A stretch of DNA of 64,000 bases, from the NCBI GenBank assembly GCA_002633005.1, contig NMRA01000076.1, positions 62,001 through 126,000 of the forward strand, read 5' to 3'. Source of the stretch: Phoronis australis. Its lineage: Eukaryota; Animalia; Phoronida. The notes below the pieces were generated by a model. That model had not been told where the DNA came from. It saw nothing but the letters and a program-made list of their open reading frames with translations, and ran no database searches. A program made the position numbers and the translations under genes. Position 1 is the first letter of the stretch. Each line of letters starts with the position of its first letter. Below, in pieces: positions 13,101 through 25,400 of the stretch.

Positions 13101-16100
13101 ACTGCTGTGAAACAATAACTCCGTTTTATATCCTATGGTCAGAAGTTAGGGGAATCTTTGTGTAGGTACTCATGTACATTATTCGAATCATTGTTACTGT
13201 ACAATTTTTGCCCTGACGATTCTGTGGAAGGGTAACCTGACTTCGCGGTCCCCGACGAGCTAGTAAGTAGATTTGTAGTTTTGAGGCTAAAACGCCAAAT
13301 TAATCAGCGTGCACATTTTATCTTTCGCTCACTAGTATAGTCTTTTCGTGACTGGAATTTAAGTTTCTAGCTTAGGCTGTTCGTGATGTCTTCAATCCGG
13401 CCACGATGGGCCTGATCGGGTTCCGAGCCACTGGCCGAGATAGCAAGCTTTTTGTGTGTTTAGAACTGGAAAAATCGCAAGTCTAAAATTACGACAAGCA
13501 ACTACGTTCTCCTCTCTGTATTTCACGGAAGGATAATTTGAATTCTTCTCCAGAGAGACCCCAAACTCCCGCGACCGACCTTGCGATAAATTGGCCTAAT
13601 GAACTTTGTATGCTACAGTACGTTCGAATTAATAACTAAACATCAGCAACAGCGAAATGAAACAACGCGTTTGTTTGATAACTCGATGTATTTTTAAGGG
13701 TTTTCTATCGAATTTTGATGATTTATTGGTGTAAAGCGATGAATTCAAGCGATAATCTGACATCAGTAAGCGTGTTGTGAACTGCTGATCGAACCTCTGA
13801 CGTCATTGGTTAATTTTAACAAATCCGTCTGCCGTCAGCTGTCATGTAAAAGAGCTGTACTTGCTGTTATCGAGTGGAACTACTCGATCTAAATAGATGC
13901 AAAATAGGCTGTTTTTGGGTGACATTCTCCTTCAAGCGTTCAGTCGGAAATTTACATTGTCAACAAATTCCTCGCAACATCGTTGATTTACAGCATACGC
14001 TCCACACACAGTAACGTCAACATCAGGATTATAGAGCCCAAATGGTAGGTTTACATGCATCATTTGTGAGGGAAATTTTTGAAGAGAAAGTGTAATTAAC
14101 GTCACGGTTCCTAGCGAACTCTAAAATGTGACATAACTTGTTCTGAATTGTTTTGTTTGATGTTTAAAAGTGGATAGTTATGCTTGTTGTTAAGTTCCTG
14201 TTAATGATACTCCTTCCGCTTTATTTTAGTTAAAGGCACAGCTTACTCAACTGCCGCCATGTGTCATGAGGTTTCAAAGTCAATAGCAAAATAAGGAAAA
14301 CACAAACAAGACTAAAAATTGTGAAATACTTGAAAACAGCTGTTCAGAAAGGCAAAAACTGTGAATTTAATTCAATCATCAATTACGTAACACCAAAAGT
14401 GTCTGGCCCTCTACATTGCAATGTCACTGCCGATCTGTACAGGGTTTCAACAAGCCCACTATTTGTAGTCGGTGGCGGATTTAGAAGGGGGGCAAGGGGG
14501 CCATGCCCCCCCTAAAACTCTCCCGAATTCCATTTGGCCGCAAGTCAGAGGCGCAAATGTCTGAGGGGCAAAATNCCCCAATTAAAAATCCCGGGTTCGC
14601 CTCTGGTAGTTGTTGTAACTGATCCACTTCTTAAAAATATCCTTGTAGTTTTGTTTTTATGCTTCTTGATGGTCTCTGAAATCCAGCCATTGAACTTGAT
14701 GCATGACCTGTGAAGTGGCCATATTAAATTCCACTTTTGAATGGGTGTTCCATAAAATGCGTATTTTAAAATTTACCTTTTTGAACAGACTGAACAATTA
14801 CGTAAAAGCCGGTTCCGGTTGGATACACCTGATTTACGTTGGTCAAAATGCCAGAAATTTGAAAAATATAATTTTAAACCAAAGTCAAAATGAATATCAC
14901 GAATCTTCATGTGTCCCCCCTAACGTAATAGTGGCCAGGTCCTTTTAAGATGGTCAATAAGTTCCAGCAGGTCTGTTGGGTCAGCTCGCTAATTAAAACA
15001 TAGCAAATATGACAGAAAAACATCATGATTCTACTTTCTATACATGTTCTGGGAAACGGGGTAGTAGCTAGGAAAACCAGACCACTCAGTGCTCGAGTCA
15101 ACACTTTGTATTACGTATATGTAACGACTAGACTTACGGTAGCAAACATCTGTGTGATGCCAATCTTTGCTGATGCTGAGCGAAACTCATCCGGTGTTCT
15201 AAATTAATATACATGCTATCCGGGAAAAGTGGCCGGGGTATGTAATGTGCCGTTATATGACTTATGCATTATTAGTTGAGTAACATCGGGACTTTACAGT
15301 GCGTAACTTTGATTTCTATTATTTAAGTCCAATGAGATAAATTAAAACGCTGATGCCAAAAACAATCGTCCAGTCTTCAAGACAATGATCTTTGTAAATA
15401 ATTTAGCGCAGTTGTGTTGTGTTTTTGTGGTGAAGATGCCTTTTGTGGGGTTGCCATTCACGTTACGCGCTGTAAGATTTGTTCGTGTGCGTGATAAGAG
15501 TTCTTGCAATGCGTGGTAGGTATTTTGTGAAAGATTGTAAGGGTTTTGTTCAGCGGTAAGAGTTCTGGGTGGGGGCAGTGGGTTTGTTTCTTCCGTCTGA
15601 ATTCAACCTCCTTTCCAAGAAGTAGTAAAAGATGGTAGAGGTTTGTCAAAAGATGGCGCCGCCGACATGTGTTTTTCAATACGTTGGCAAATGAAGTCGT
15701 CTGATCTGACTATGCCTTTCGAGGTCTGAAGATGTTTCTTGCGATTCATTTACTCTTTCGTCTCTCGTGATGAACTATTTTAGTTTAAACTTCTTGCAGG
15801 TCGTGGTTATGGAATACCTCAAGGGATCAAAATACTCAGTAGATGTCGTCATCTGTCAAGGGAAACTCGTTGGTGGAGTGGTTTTACAGAAAGGCCCGCC
15901 TGAACTTCCTACATTTTTTCCTACAACTGCCTCAATGCCCGGTTACCTTAGTTACACTAACCAGAAAATTTTGATAAAGGCCTCATATGATTGCTGTTTG
16001 GCCGTTGGACTTAAAAACGGTGTCTATGACGTCGACTTAGCCTGGGCTAATGGCAATGTCCCGAAATTGATCGAAATCAACCCGAGACCAGGTGGTCAGG

Positions 16101-16513
16101 GAATAAATGATATGGCGGCGGCCGTTTATAACCTCGACTTATTTTTCTTAAATGGTCTCCTCAAATGTGGAATTTTCGTTTCACCGGAAGACGCGAGTTT
16201 TGTTCCCAAAGGACACGCTGTCGCCAAGTTGTTCGATTATAGGCAACATCGACACATTTTAATTTCGTCATTTCCGAAGATGATTACGTCACAGAGCTGT
16301 CATCGCGGCATTAACCTAATTAGCCCAGGAATGAAGACGACGGAAGAATATCTCGAAGACAACGATGTTACGTACATTGCACCGATTCTGGTTGTATGTG
16401 CGTATCACAGCGAAAGCAGAGGGAAAGCAATTGAGCAACTAAGCATGCTCTTGAAAGAAGCTTCTGTCTGCTCCGGGAATGAAAACCCAAATGCTCCGAT
16501 GCTCCTGTTTTGA
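6841..16513 (+). CDS. ATP-grasp domain ligase, carnosine synthase / L-amino-acid ligase-like, copy B (4 exons, ~469 aa, intact)
   Basis: Exons 6841-7155, 10205-10363, 11358-11579 and 15800-16513; all introns GT-AG and phase 0. Motifs: FPVIMKP, GKASVG loop, MEYLKGSKYSVD, GVYDVD, LIEINPRPGG. Confidence 0.85.
8155..9344. mobile_element. Kolobok-like non-autonomous DNA transposon (internally deleted copy)
   Basis: TTAA|AGGAGAACGCCACCC ... GGGTGGCATTCTCCT|TTAA, i.e. TIRs plus TTAA target-site duplication; collinear with 11958-13931. Confidence 0.75.
10205..10363 (+). CDS. ATP-grasp ligase B exon 2
   Basis: aatcag|VDVCLSAIDYLVLIQASLSEKLNLPSDSVQSVETVFKKDEAQKVVLNSFNASQ|gtattt. Confidence 0.75.
11358..11579 (+). 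CDS. ATP-grasp ligase B exon 3
   Basis: ttatag|HGVKSYAIG...FPVIMKPLCGKASVG...YQNK|gtaagt; 222 bp, the same length as the copy A exon. Confidence 0.85.
11958..13931 (+). mobile_element. Kolobok-like DNA transposon relic with a degenerate THAP zinc-finger ORF
   Basis: Same family as 8155-9344 (shared left and right arms; right end GGGTGACATTCTCCT). The extra internal part, 12119-12310, encodes frameshifted MVFCIVPAC...SFFDF...LRKxLAVVKN...RVC..LHF (C2CH THAP pattern). Confidence 0.65.
14468..14606. mobile_element. Short MITE of the GGCGGAT...ATCCGCC family
   Basis: Homologous to 18535-18698 and ~7670-7800. Confidence 0.55.
15800..16513 (+). CDS. ATP-grasp ligase B exon 4 (catalytic C-domain)
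   Basis: ttgcag|VVVMEYLKGSKYSVD...LIEINPRPGGQG...PMLLF*. Confidence 0.9.
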   Translation, partial: VVVMEYLKGSKYSVDVVICQGKLVGGVVLQKGPPELPTFFPTTASMPGYLSYTNQKILIKASYDCCLAVGLKNGVYDVDLAWANGNVPKLIEINPRPGGQGINDMAAAVYNLDLFFLNGLLKCGIFVSPEDASFVPKGHAVAKLFDYRQHRHILISSFPKMITSQSCHRGINLISPGMKTTEEYLEDNDVTYIAPILVVCAYHSESRGKAIEQLSMLLKEASVCSGNENPNAPMLLF

Positions 16514-17615
16514 TTCAGATCCTCTGGCGGCCTTTTTACAAAACGCGTGAGACGCCATTGGTGTCCCCAAAGAACTAAGAGATAGCGGTCACCCTAAAAG
16601 CTGCACAGATAGACTGGTTTTGTGTGATTTCAAGCAGCCAAAATCAGTTTGTGATTGTCTCGAAAAGCAGGCCGAATCCATCCGAAATCAACTGCCAGCT
16701 ACGAGAGGCGATTGCCTGCGTGTCACTTCAGTTCTGCGGCATTTGATGGCTCGTGCTCTGGGTCATTATCCATTTTCACAACAGTGATTGCATTGTGAAG
16801 GAATGTAGTGGTCTGGGATGCGCACTCATCGATTTTCGCTATCCTAGTTCTGGCATTTTAAGTAAGTGGCCTGAACCGTTTAAGAACAGACCGATAAACT
16901 TTCAGGTAGCACTTTTCACGCAGCGCTAATTTGGCCAAGCGGCTAAACTGCAACCTTCAAACTGGATTAAATTATGTCACATTAACGATGGCGCATTTTC
17001 CAAATCATTGAACTGGATCTAGTATTCTAAGCGTTTTGCCATCGGTTATTACGACCAAGAACTCGCCGTATTATAAAAAAACAAAACAAATAAAAGGTTT
17101 CGACCCAAAACATGAAACATAAAGTAATGTGTTAAAGCATGGCGTTGTGTGGGGCTTTCAAGATACTCTAACCGCTTCACAGAAACGGATTTTGATGCAA
17201 GCTAGTTCAGTCGAAAGTTAAACCCGGATAATGTTCTTTAAACACAACTCTAACTATATCTTTGAATTTGACATGAATTTTTAGTTTTAGTTTTTATTTT
17301 GTTCGTGCACCACAGATTTAGCGGCCATAAAACGATCATTTTATAGACCACGGTTAGGCATTATTGGATGATGCTGAAAAGTCTTTGGTGAGGGGTGAAT
17401 TTTATAATTTTACTTAGCGTCAACATGTGTAAAATACAATATTCGTTCACATAATGAATTATGCGTGCAAGTTCCTAACCATTACAAATAGATCACACAG
17501 AATATTTGGTCGTGGTCTCTCTTGTCCTAAAACATACATCACAATTAACATTGACTTCTATAAGTAAGCCATATAAAATAGAATCCGTAGATATATTCGA
17601 GATAACAACACACCA

Positions 17616-18068
17616 CTATTCAACATATATACCATAAACCGTTGCCACCACGTAAAGATTGTTCGTTTTATACGAATAGTCCGCGTGCGTATCAAAACTT
17701 GCGTGACCGACGCACTGACTTCCTATGTTTACACTTCCGCCATGTCCATTATCGCCCACTGTAACGAGACAAACAAACTTATACCGATTAAACCCAAGAG
17801 TCTTCACTCTCTGTTTCACTTTCTCTGCTAGTTCTTTAGCTTTGTCCTTCGCGGTGCTACTCTCGTATACATAATCCCCGACAGAGGGCACTACCACATC
17901 TTGCATGGCTTGCCGTAGTTTCATAGACGAAATCTTGTTATCTGGCTCAGTCTTGTAAGTGTTCTCGTAGTTCACCGCGGGCTTGTGGTGATGCGGGTCA
18001 CTGCGATGGGTAGACGCAGACGTCCCGTGATGAGCGGCATCTTTGGCAGCCTTCATAAACTTCATCAT
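17616..18068 (-). CDS. Tctex-1 domain-containing dynein light chain (TCTEX1D/DYNLT-like), 150 aa
   Basis: Family motifs YENTYKTEP, KVKQRVKTLGFNRYKFVCLVTVG and DTHADYSYKTNNLYVVATVYGIYVE*. The start codon is preceded by an acceptor-like ttcttccttcaag. Confidence 0.9.
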   Translation of the reverse strand: MMKFMKAAKDAAHHGTSASTHRSDPHHHKPAVNYENTYKTEPDNKISSMKLRQAMQDVVVPSVGDYVYESSTAKDKAKELAEKVKQRVKTLGFNRYKFVCLVTVGDNGHGGSVNIGSQCVGHASFDTHADYSYKTNNLYVVATVYGIYVE

Positions 18069-18534
18069 CTTGAAGGAAGAATGGCCAACGTAGAATTATG
18101 AATAGTCGGCAGGTTGCCTGGCCCCGATCTCTGCGTTGACACGTGCTCCCTCGGTTGGTAGCTTGCTCTACAACAGAAATATACATCAGTAAATCGACTG
18201 TTATATCCGAGTCTAAGTCCAGACTGGTTGTTGTTTGGCACGTTCTGTACAATTTGTGGTTTTTGCTTGTTCACTCAATTGTCACCTCATTAATTGTCGT
18301 GACTGTAAATCTCTGCATTGTAGTAGTCTGTCAACCAACAAACCGTGGTGCACGTTTTTAGACCTTGTACTTATATCCGAAATATTTGTTCAAAGATTTG
18401 TTGACTCAAGCGTTTCACTATGGGTTGAATAAGTGCAGGTTTAATGGTGTTTTTATCCATCCTTAACAGATGACGCGTTGGTGAGACGTAGTCAGTGCAG
18501 TGGGTAAAACTTGGGTACTGTCTCCCAAGAAGAT

Positions 18535-18698
18535 CAGTGGCGGATTTAAGAGGGGGCCAAGGGGACCATGGCCCACTAAAATTCTCCCAGATTCCATTTG
18601 TCACTGAGTTCGGGGGTGCGAATGTCTGACGGGCAAAATTCAGGCTAATACTCTCCCCTGCCCCCGCCTCCCAACTCAAAATCCTGGATCCGCCCCTG
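18535..18698. mobile_element. hAT-like MITE (CAGTGGCGGAT ... ATCCGCCCCTG)
   Basis: Terminal inverted repeats; further copies at ~7670-7800 and 14468-14606, and related ends at 40863 and ~54995. Confidence 0.6.
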
Positions 18699-19031
18699 AA
18701 TATGTTCTGGGTTTCCAGTGCCGTTGTCCCACCCATGATGTCATATGTACAGAGTACAGCATCAACAAGCAAGGTCTAGGTGGTTTGTGCATCAAATCAT
18801 ACAAACAATACACAGCGGTTTCAGGTGGACGACTGTCTAATCCGGATCGAGGAATTCGTGATCCTAGCATTTAAAGATGGCTATTCTTGAGCGTGAACTG
18901 GAAATTTCGAGTTTTTAGTTGAGTTTTTTTAGTCCTAGACTATTGGTCATCAAGTGCGTATAGTAAAACAGAAAGGTACATTGTCGACAGCACAACAGCG
19001 GTAACACGTCGATAAAATTTTATTTGATTGA

Positions 19032-19418
19032 GGGGTCCTTTTCATGAAGGTGTCTTCAGACTTAAGACAGAAATTTGGTCCTACGCTCCCAATTCACACA
19101 ATTATTGTTGAACACAGGTTTGACCAAATGATTATGAGTGTATCAGGGTCTAAACAATTATAGAAACTATCCCAATACACGAGCGACGCAGCACTGAAAA
19201 GGTGGGGAGCAATAGCCCCCCCCCCCCCCCAACCCCAGCCCCCTATGGTGCGCTGCCCGTGCAATATGCCCACGCAATAACTCGCAGTTATGTGTATAGT
19301 CTCAGAGATTTTGCATTCTTGCTCAAGTGAATTTTAATTTTTTCAGAGATAATTGTGTGAAGCGTAAGACTAAATTTCTGTTTTAAGTTTTTTGTCAATT
19401 TTCATGAAACAGAGACTC
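19032..19418. mobile_element. Harbinger-like MITE copy with a nested small TIR element (~19178-19261)
   Basis: Ends TTTCATGAAGGTG..CTTAAGACAGAAATTTGGTC / TTTTCATGAAACAG. The nested CACGAGCG...TGCCCGTG element is flanked by CAATA on both sides. Confidence 0.55.
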
Positions 19419-22400
19419 TTGATCTCAAAAACGCGATTACAATTTTCGAGAATATTTCGTTTTCGTTTTATGCGACTTAAGGTTTTTTCCTGAAAACCAA
19501 GTCCTATTTTTGATAGCCCCTCATGCAAAAATGTAATATTTTAACAGCAATTCCTAAAAGGTTTTGGAGTATAGTCCATGATATAAAGCATCTGAAAATT
19601 TTATATCAATCCGATCAACTGTTCATGAGATATGATGTTCCGTACGTAACATTAAGGTTTAAATTGAAAAAATAATGACACGCTGCTGGTCAACTTGGCA
19701 CAGCGCTGAGTACGAAGACAGGAACGTTACAGGCCCACATTGGGCACTCATCGTGTCATAGTTCCTTCGCCACACAGTCCTACAGTACTTCCCGACATAC
19801 ACGAAACTCTAATGCCCGGGTGTGTTGGCCCAGCAAGGATATAGCTTTTGAGACATATTCAGTAAATGGAAGTCTTTACGGACAGGAGAAATACTAACGA
19901 AATGTTCGTTATTGAATTGTTTTGATGCAGTACTTCGGTGTGGTCCTGATTCTGGGCTGTCATTGGTTTGCCCTGAATGACGCAACACGTAATCCAACGA
20001 TTGAGTTAACCGGCTGAGGCCAATCCGGAAAACCATAAATCCAATCTCGAACATTTAATAAGTAACGCTAGATGGCTCACACGGTGTACTGCATTCTCCA
20101 ATATTACCTAACATCGGCGGACTAATGTTTTCTAATTAGCGGTTTACGCAATAAGCTAACCGTTCAAAGCTTAACGCAGGAATACGTACCTGTGTAGAGG
20201 AAAATAGCACAATTGACCTGACGCGTGGGTTAAGGAATATTGCCGGTGTAACGGCCTATAAACGCAATCGGGGGTTATTGTTGGGTGGTATAGATTCCTT
20301 GATATTATTAGCTTTGATCATAGTTATAAAACAACAAAATTAGTTGTGCTTTTGTGATTTTGAGTACAAATCGCTAGTTATCGGTGTTGTCTACCAGATA
20401 TTCACTGAAATCTGAGAACTGATATCAAGGCCTGTGACCTGATCAGTTGAATACCATACCGCCATTTTTCGAGATGAGATCGCTTTGGGGAAAATCTCAG
20501 AAAATCATTTATTTCGCCGATAATGGGCGTTTGTCATGTCCTTGCGGCGAGTGCGTTCTCGCCTGGTCACTTGAGACTTACACTGCATCACGTTTTCTAT
20601 ACGTCAAATATGGGAGGGCATGAATGGCGAAGGTCGAGTCAAATTTACTAGGCGGAGCCTTTATATTTTTAAATTTTGGGGTCTCGAGAAACTTCAATCC
20701 GGCATTAGCGGTCTTCATAATCGAAATAAAAAGAGCAAAAATTAATATCCAATGTGAGTCAAAACTAACTAATTAAAAAAGAGAACCAACGTCAAGACGA
20801 TCCCATCGAATGGCTATGCATGTGAGTAGATTATGGCTATCGAAACTATAGCGTACATGTTACACTATATGCGCTGTTTCGTCGTAAAACGATTTTACAG
20901 TTATTAAGTGACCTAAAGGTCATATTGTTCGTCATCATCTTTAACATCACATCAGTCTGTTTTGGAACCCTATACTCGTTTGTTAACAAGGAATGGACGA
21001 AATTAACTGTAGGACTTGTATCTCAGATGAGTGGCTTTTCGGCGTGCCGGATTCCCCTACGAAAGGGTTTTGACAAGTTTGGTTTTGCGTCCGGTTAATG
21101 GGCTAAAATTGTTCAGAAACTCCTACGGAATCGTTACGTTAATCAGTGAGCCGTTTTTAGACCAAACCCAGTCTACAAAAGAGCGACTATATAATTGAAA
21201 CTTCCTGTACTAAATAGGTCCCTTTTCAAGTCCACTTTCCAAAATGGGTGGGTAGTCTATTATTCTAGCTGCAGCCTTGGTAAAAGTCGAGTGCCGCCCG
21301 GGACTTTCATCTTAGACATGGTCTCCAGTCACAGCTTCTATCAGAGATTCTTTCCAGGCAAATGGCCTCTGTGATCTACTGAGCAACAGACAAATGTAAG
21401 AAAACATCCTCCCTTAGTGTGACGATAAGTAAAGGTCATTTGCCGGGTGTCTTCATATCACTGGGTAACAACACACGCACTCACGTATGCCTGCTGTATG
21501 TACTATATGTGTGGTTACAAATCTGTTTAATAAAATTAATCTCCTAAGCCAAAATAACTCCAATACAAACGCCTGTACATTCTTTGTAGCAGCGTAAAAT
21601 CTCAGTACCTTTCCGGGTTTAATTCTTAGCATCTCGTTTACTCGACAAATACGTGATATATTAAAAAGATAAAACAAAAATTTTCTAATCACCGAGTCAG
21701 TGATTTGATCTATTAGACATGCACTCATAACTGGAAATGAACTGAATAAAAATATTTACTATGGGACAATTTAAATTTTGTTTCTGTCAAGCACACTTGG
21801 CCTTGACTATCACATCAGCCACTGTTCACATCAGGTACGTGTCAACCCACCAACTGTTGAGTGCGCCTTGCATGGGAGCCGATGGAGGTGTAAAGTGTAG
21901 CGCACTCGTCCCTACTGTCGTCGATTTAAATGTCCATTTAGTATTCTGCATAGAAAATACGTTACATCTACGTAAACTCTTCGTTTTCATCCACAAAAAC
22001 TCTCTAATTTCGCCACACTACGTAAACATGTATTTGTCGAGAAACCTCTGAAAGGCTAAAATACGTCCCTTGCATGCTTCCAAGCAATAGTCAACATCGT
22101 GAAATAACATTCCTGGTAATAGATCCAGAGTCTTTGTGTAATCGTTCAGTTTGTTATTAGAGTAATGTTCAGGTGATATATGCCTGTTTTACCTGACTAC
22201 GCATTGGTACGGTTTTCTTCTTTCCTGATAAGTAAACACGAAACTCTAACGAACGCGTTGTCAGTTGTTTTGTTTACTTTCCATATTGGGTCGCATTCAT
22301 AAAACGAAAAATGTTCTAATAGTTGTCAGTTTTAATCAATATCATGCTGTACAATAGCAATTGCTTTTGACTGACAGTGAATGAGCGTCTGGCCACATGC

Positions 22401-25400
22401 ATTTGTCAGATTGTGCGAGTGACCGCCGACGGTGTCCAGTGACAGCTGTAGGGACGACAGCATTCTTAATGTATAAGATGACGGGTGAAATTCATAATTG
22501 TTCGTCTGAACGCGAAGGCGTTCAAACAATGACGTTTTCATATTTAAAGATGAAACCGGCACGCAACTTTTAAATTTCTTTCACAGTTGCTGGAAAGGTT
22601 TTTGTTGTGCTTTGCTTTGTTTCATGGGCTGTTAACATGATTTAATATGACGTCATCTTGACGTTTTGGACCCAGTCCAATACAATTAAAAACGTTGATA
22701 ATAATTGGGCCACATTTGCTAAACACTTCGAAAATTGGTAACTGGCCATGGGCTTGGTCAATCGTAACTCCCCGGGAGCATACAATGGGTGCACGGCTGC
22801 ACACCAACTAATCTTAACACATGATTTTGTAAAGATTTCAAGTGCCTGAATCCCAAAACACGGCATTTTTTGAAAATGCGAAATGGCTGTGCATTTCTAT
22901 TGCTATATTTGTGGACCAAAATCTCGTCATATTAGACTCAGATACGTCATGACTAAACATTCCAATATGAAGTCCACTTGAGATAAGCTATTGGTCAAAA
23001 GGCAATAGCTGAAGTACAGTTTTAAGAATTATTCGTATTGACAAAACTAACACAAAGCGGATTACGTGTAAATACGGACTAGATGATGTCTGTACGGACC
23101 TGACCGACAAGAGCTCTCGTAGGAAAGTCATGGTTTGACAATCGATCGTAAAGAGCTTGAGAAGAGAAATTCAGTGCACAAATCCTAGTACTCTGAAGCC
23201 CGGGCTGTGTAATGGTTTACAGGGGTAAAGGCAACAGCGATGTCCCACTAAACTCTAACTCGAACCCTGCGCAATAAAAGTTTCTTTGCTGTTACACGAG
23301 ACAATAAAATCATCTATATAACTTTGTTCCTAAACCACAGTATTTAATTCCATCCTACATTGATTTAAATAAGTTTTTAGTCTTGAAGTCAACTACAGGC
23401 CCGGATTTTCTGACAAGGGTCCAAGGGGAGCCACAGAGGCCAGTTAAACCGTGCCCCCTATGTTTTCGCGGGGCTCCGCTCTGGGGAAGTCTTATCTTGG
23501 TTAAAACTGTTTTTGTTATGATAATTACATGGACGACAAAATGCAAATATTTCGGGTAGAAAATTTCTGAAAATGGATAAGCAATGATTATGAGGCGCAC
23601 TCCCTTGCTCGACGTTATACCCCTTATATCAACATTTTTAGTAACTACAATAGAAGTGGGATATTGTAGCTCTGAACAAATGTGAAAATTTTAATGACGA
23701 TACAGGTAATGTTGGAATCAAATGTGATGAACTTTTCTTTTCCAAGTGCATCCCTAACACAGGTGGCGATGCGGAAACAATTTCTTAGCAAGTGGTTACC
23801 GAAGGCCTCCATTTTGCAAAAGCGTCGTTGTCAAACCATAAGTAAGGCGCATTCGCCAGGAAACAACTCGTTAATTGCCTTATGGAAGCCACTGCAGTAA
23901 ATTTCGCCACATTCATAAACCACGATATCACTTTTTACTTGTTAGACTCCACTCGACTTTTAATTGATACTATAGCTGGTTTGGGGTCAAAGATCCCAAC
24001 ACTCGACTCATTTTGAGTTCTACTCGACTGTTCGAGTTTATAACACTAGAGAATAATCTTTTTGGCTGATAAGTGATAACTTTGCCTTTCTATTAGTTAG
24101 CAATTGAACTCACAGTGATCGAATCAACAGCACAGCAGTCTCAAGAATATATAGAGGCTCTTAGCATTGGCTTGTACAGATCAGCAAGTCACAATACACA
24201 TTCAGCTCGTAATTTCCGAAACGAATCGCGAACTAGCAAATGTTTGATTATCGACTTCGGTTAGGTAATTCAAATAAGTTTTGAAGAAAGTACTATAACC
24301 AGATGACCATAACAAAATACTTACATAAATGCTGATATTTAACGCAGTCTTCGTCCTAACTGTTATCGGTTACTATGCGGTTTCGACACATCCGTCATTC
24401 CAGGTTGGGCTTGTGACAGTCCACGGTGAAATTACGACAGACATAGACTCGCCCAAAAGGGGACGAGCAATAATTTTGTGCACAGGTAGTCGAGTATATC
24501 TTGTCAAGATTGTTGTCACATTTAGTTTGTAAGCATTGGATAACATAAAAAATTAGTTTCGGGTCAATATTATAAAACACTTGAATACGTTGCATTTGCC
24601 GTTTGTTTGTCGAGAGATATACCCCATAACAAAAGAACTAAACTCGCTTAAATTCAGCGACCCCTGTTATGAAGAACGGCACTTGTGTTGATGTGAAGTC
24701 GAGCCCGAAAATCATTTCAAAGGCCCAATTGTTGTTCAGACGTGCGCGTCAAAAGCCAACAATCAACATAAACTTTTGTTCCTACAAAGACCATGATTAT
24801 TATAGCGTAACTTAGGAGACGATTACAATCATTGCTAACGGAATGTTTATAAAGAAAACATATCGATTAAGGAACTTCATTTATGTCGCACAACCTTTAT
24901 ATTTAATAGAATGATATATTGTGTGAAGATCGAGCGAGTTGTGTCAAATTTCACAAGAAAAAAAGTGTCGCATCAAGCCGGTTTCACAATAGATCATTTT
25001 GGAACGGAGCTTGCGCGATGTGTGTCAGTCGTTATCTTCTTGCGTACTGCAATGGCAGGCAATTTTAATAAAAACTTTTTCTAGTTAACGAGGCTGCAAA
25101 TTTAGATTGTTTAAAAACAGTAGGCCTCTAATTTTTTCCAGATGAGTGTTACATTTAGAATGTTTGATTACACTGAAAAAGAGACCATACACGACATTTG
25201 TACTACAATAGTATTGTCTACCAGCTTCAAAACTTGCAAGTAGTGCTGGTCTAAACACTATATATGTATTAGACGGCACGAAAAGGAAAATAGTTTAGAC
25301 CTACCTAAGACCAATATTACTCTCAGGACTTACGAAACGTCCAGGCGAACTACAAAGATCGTGGATAAAGGTCAACACTGTTCATAGCTGAGATTTTGAT

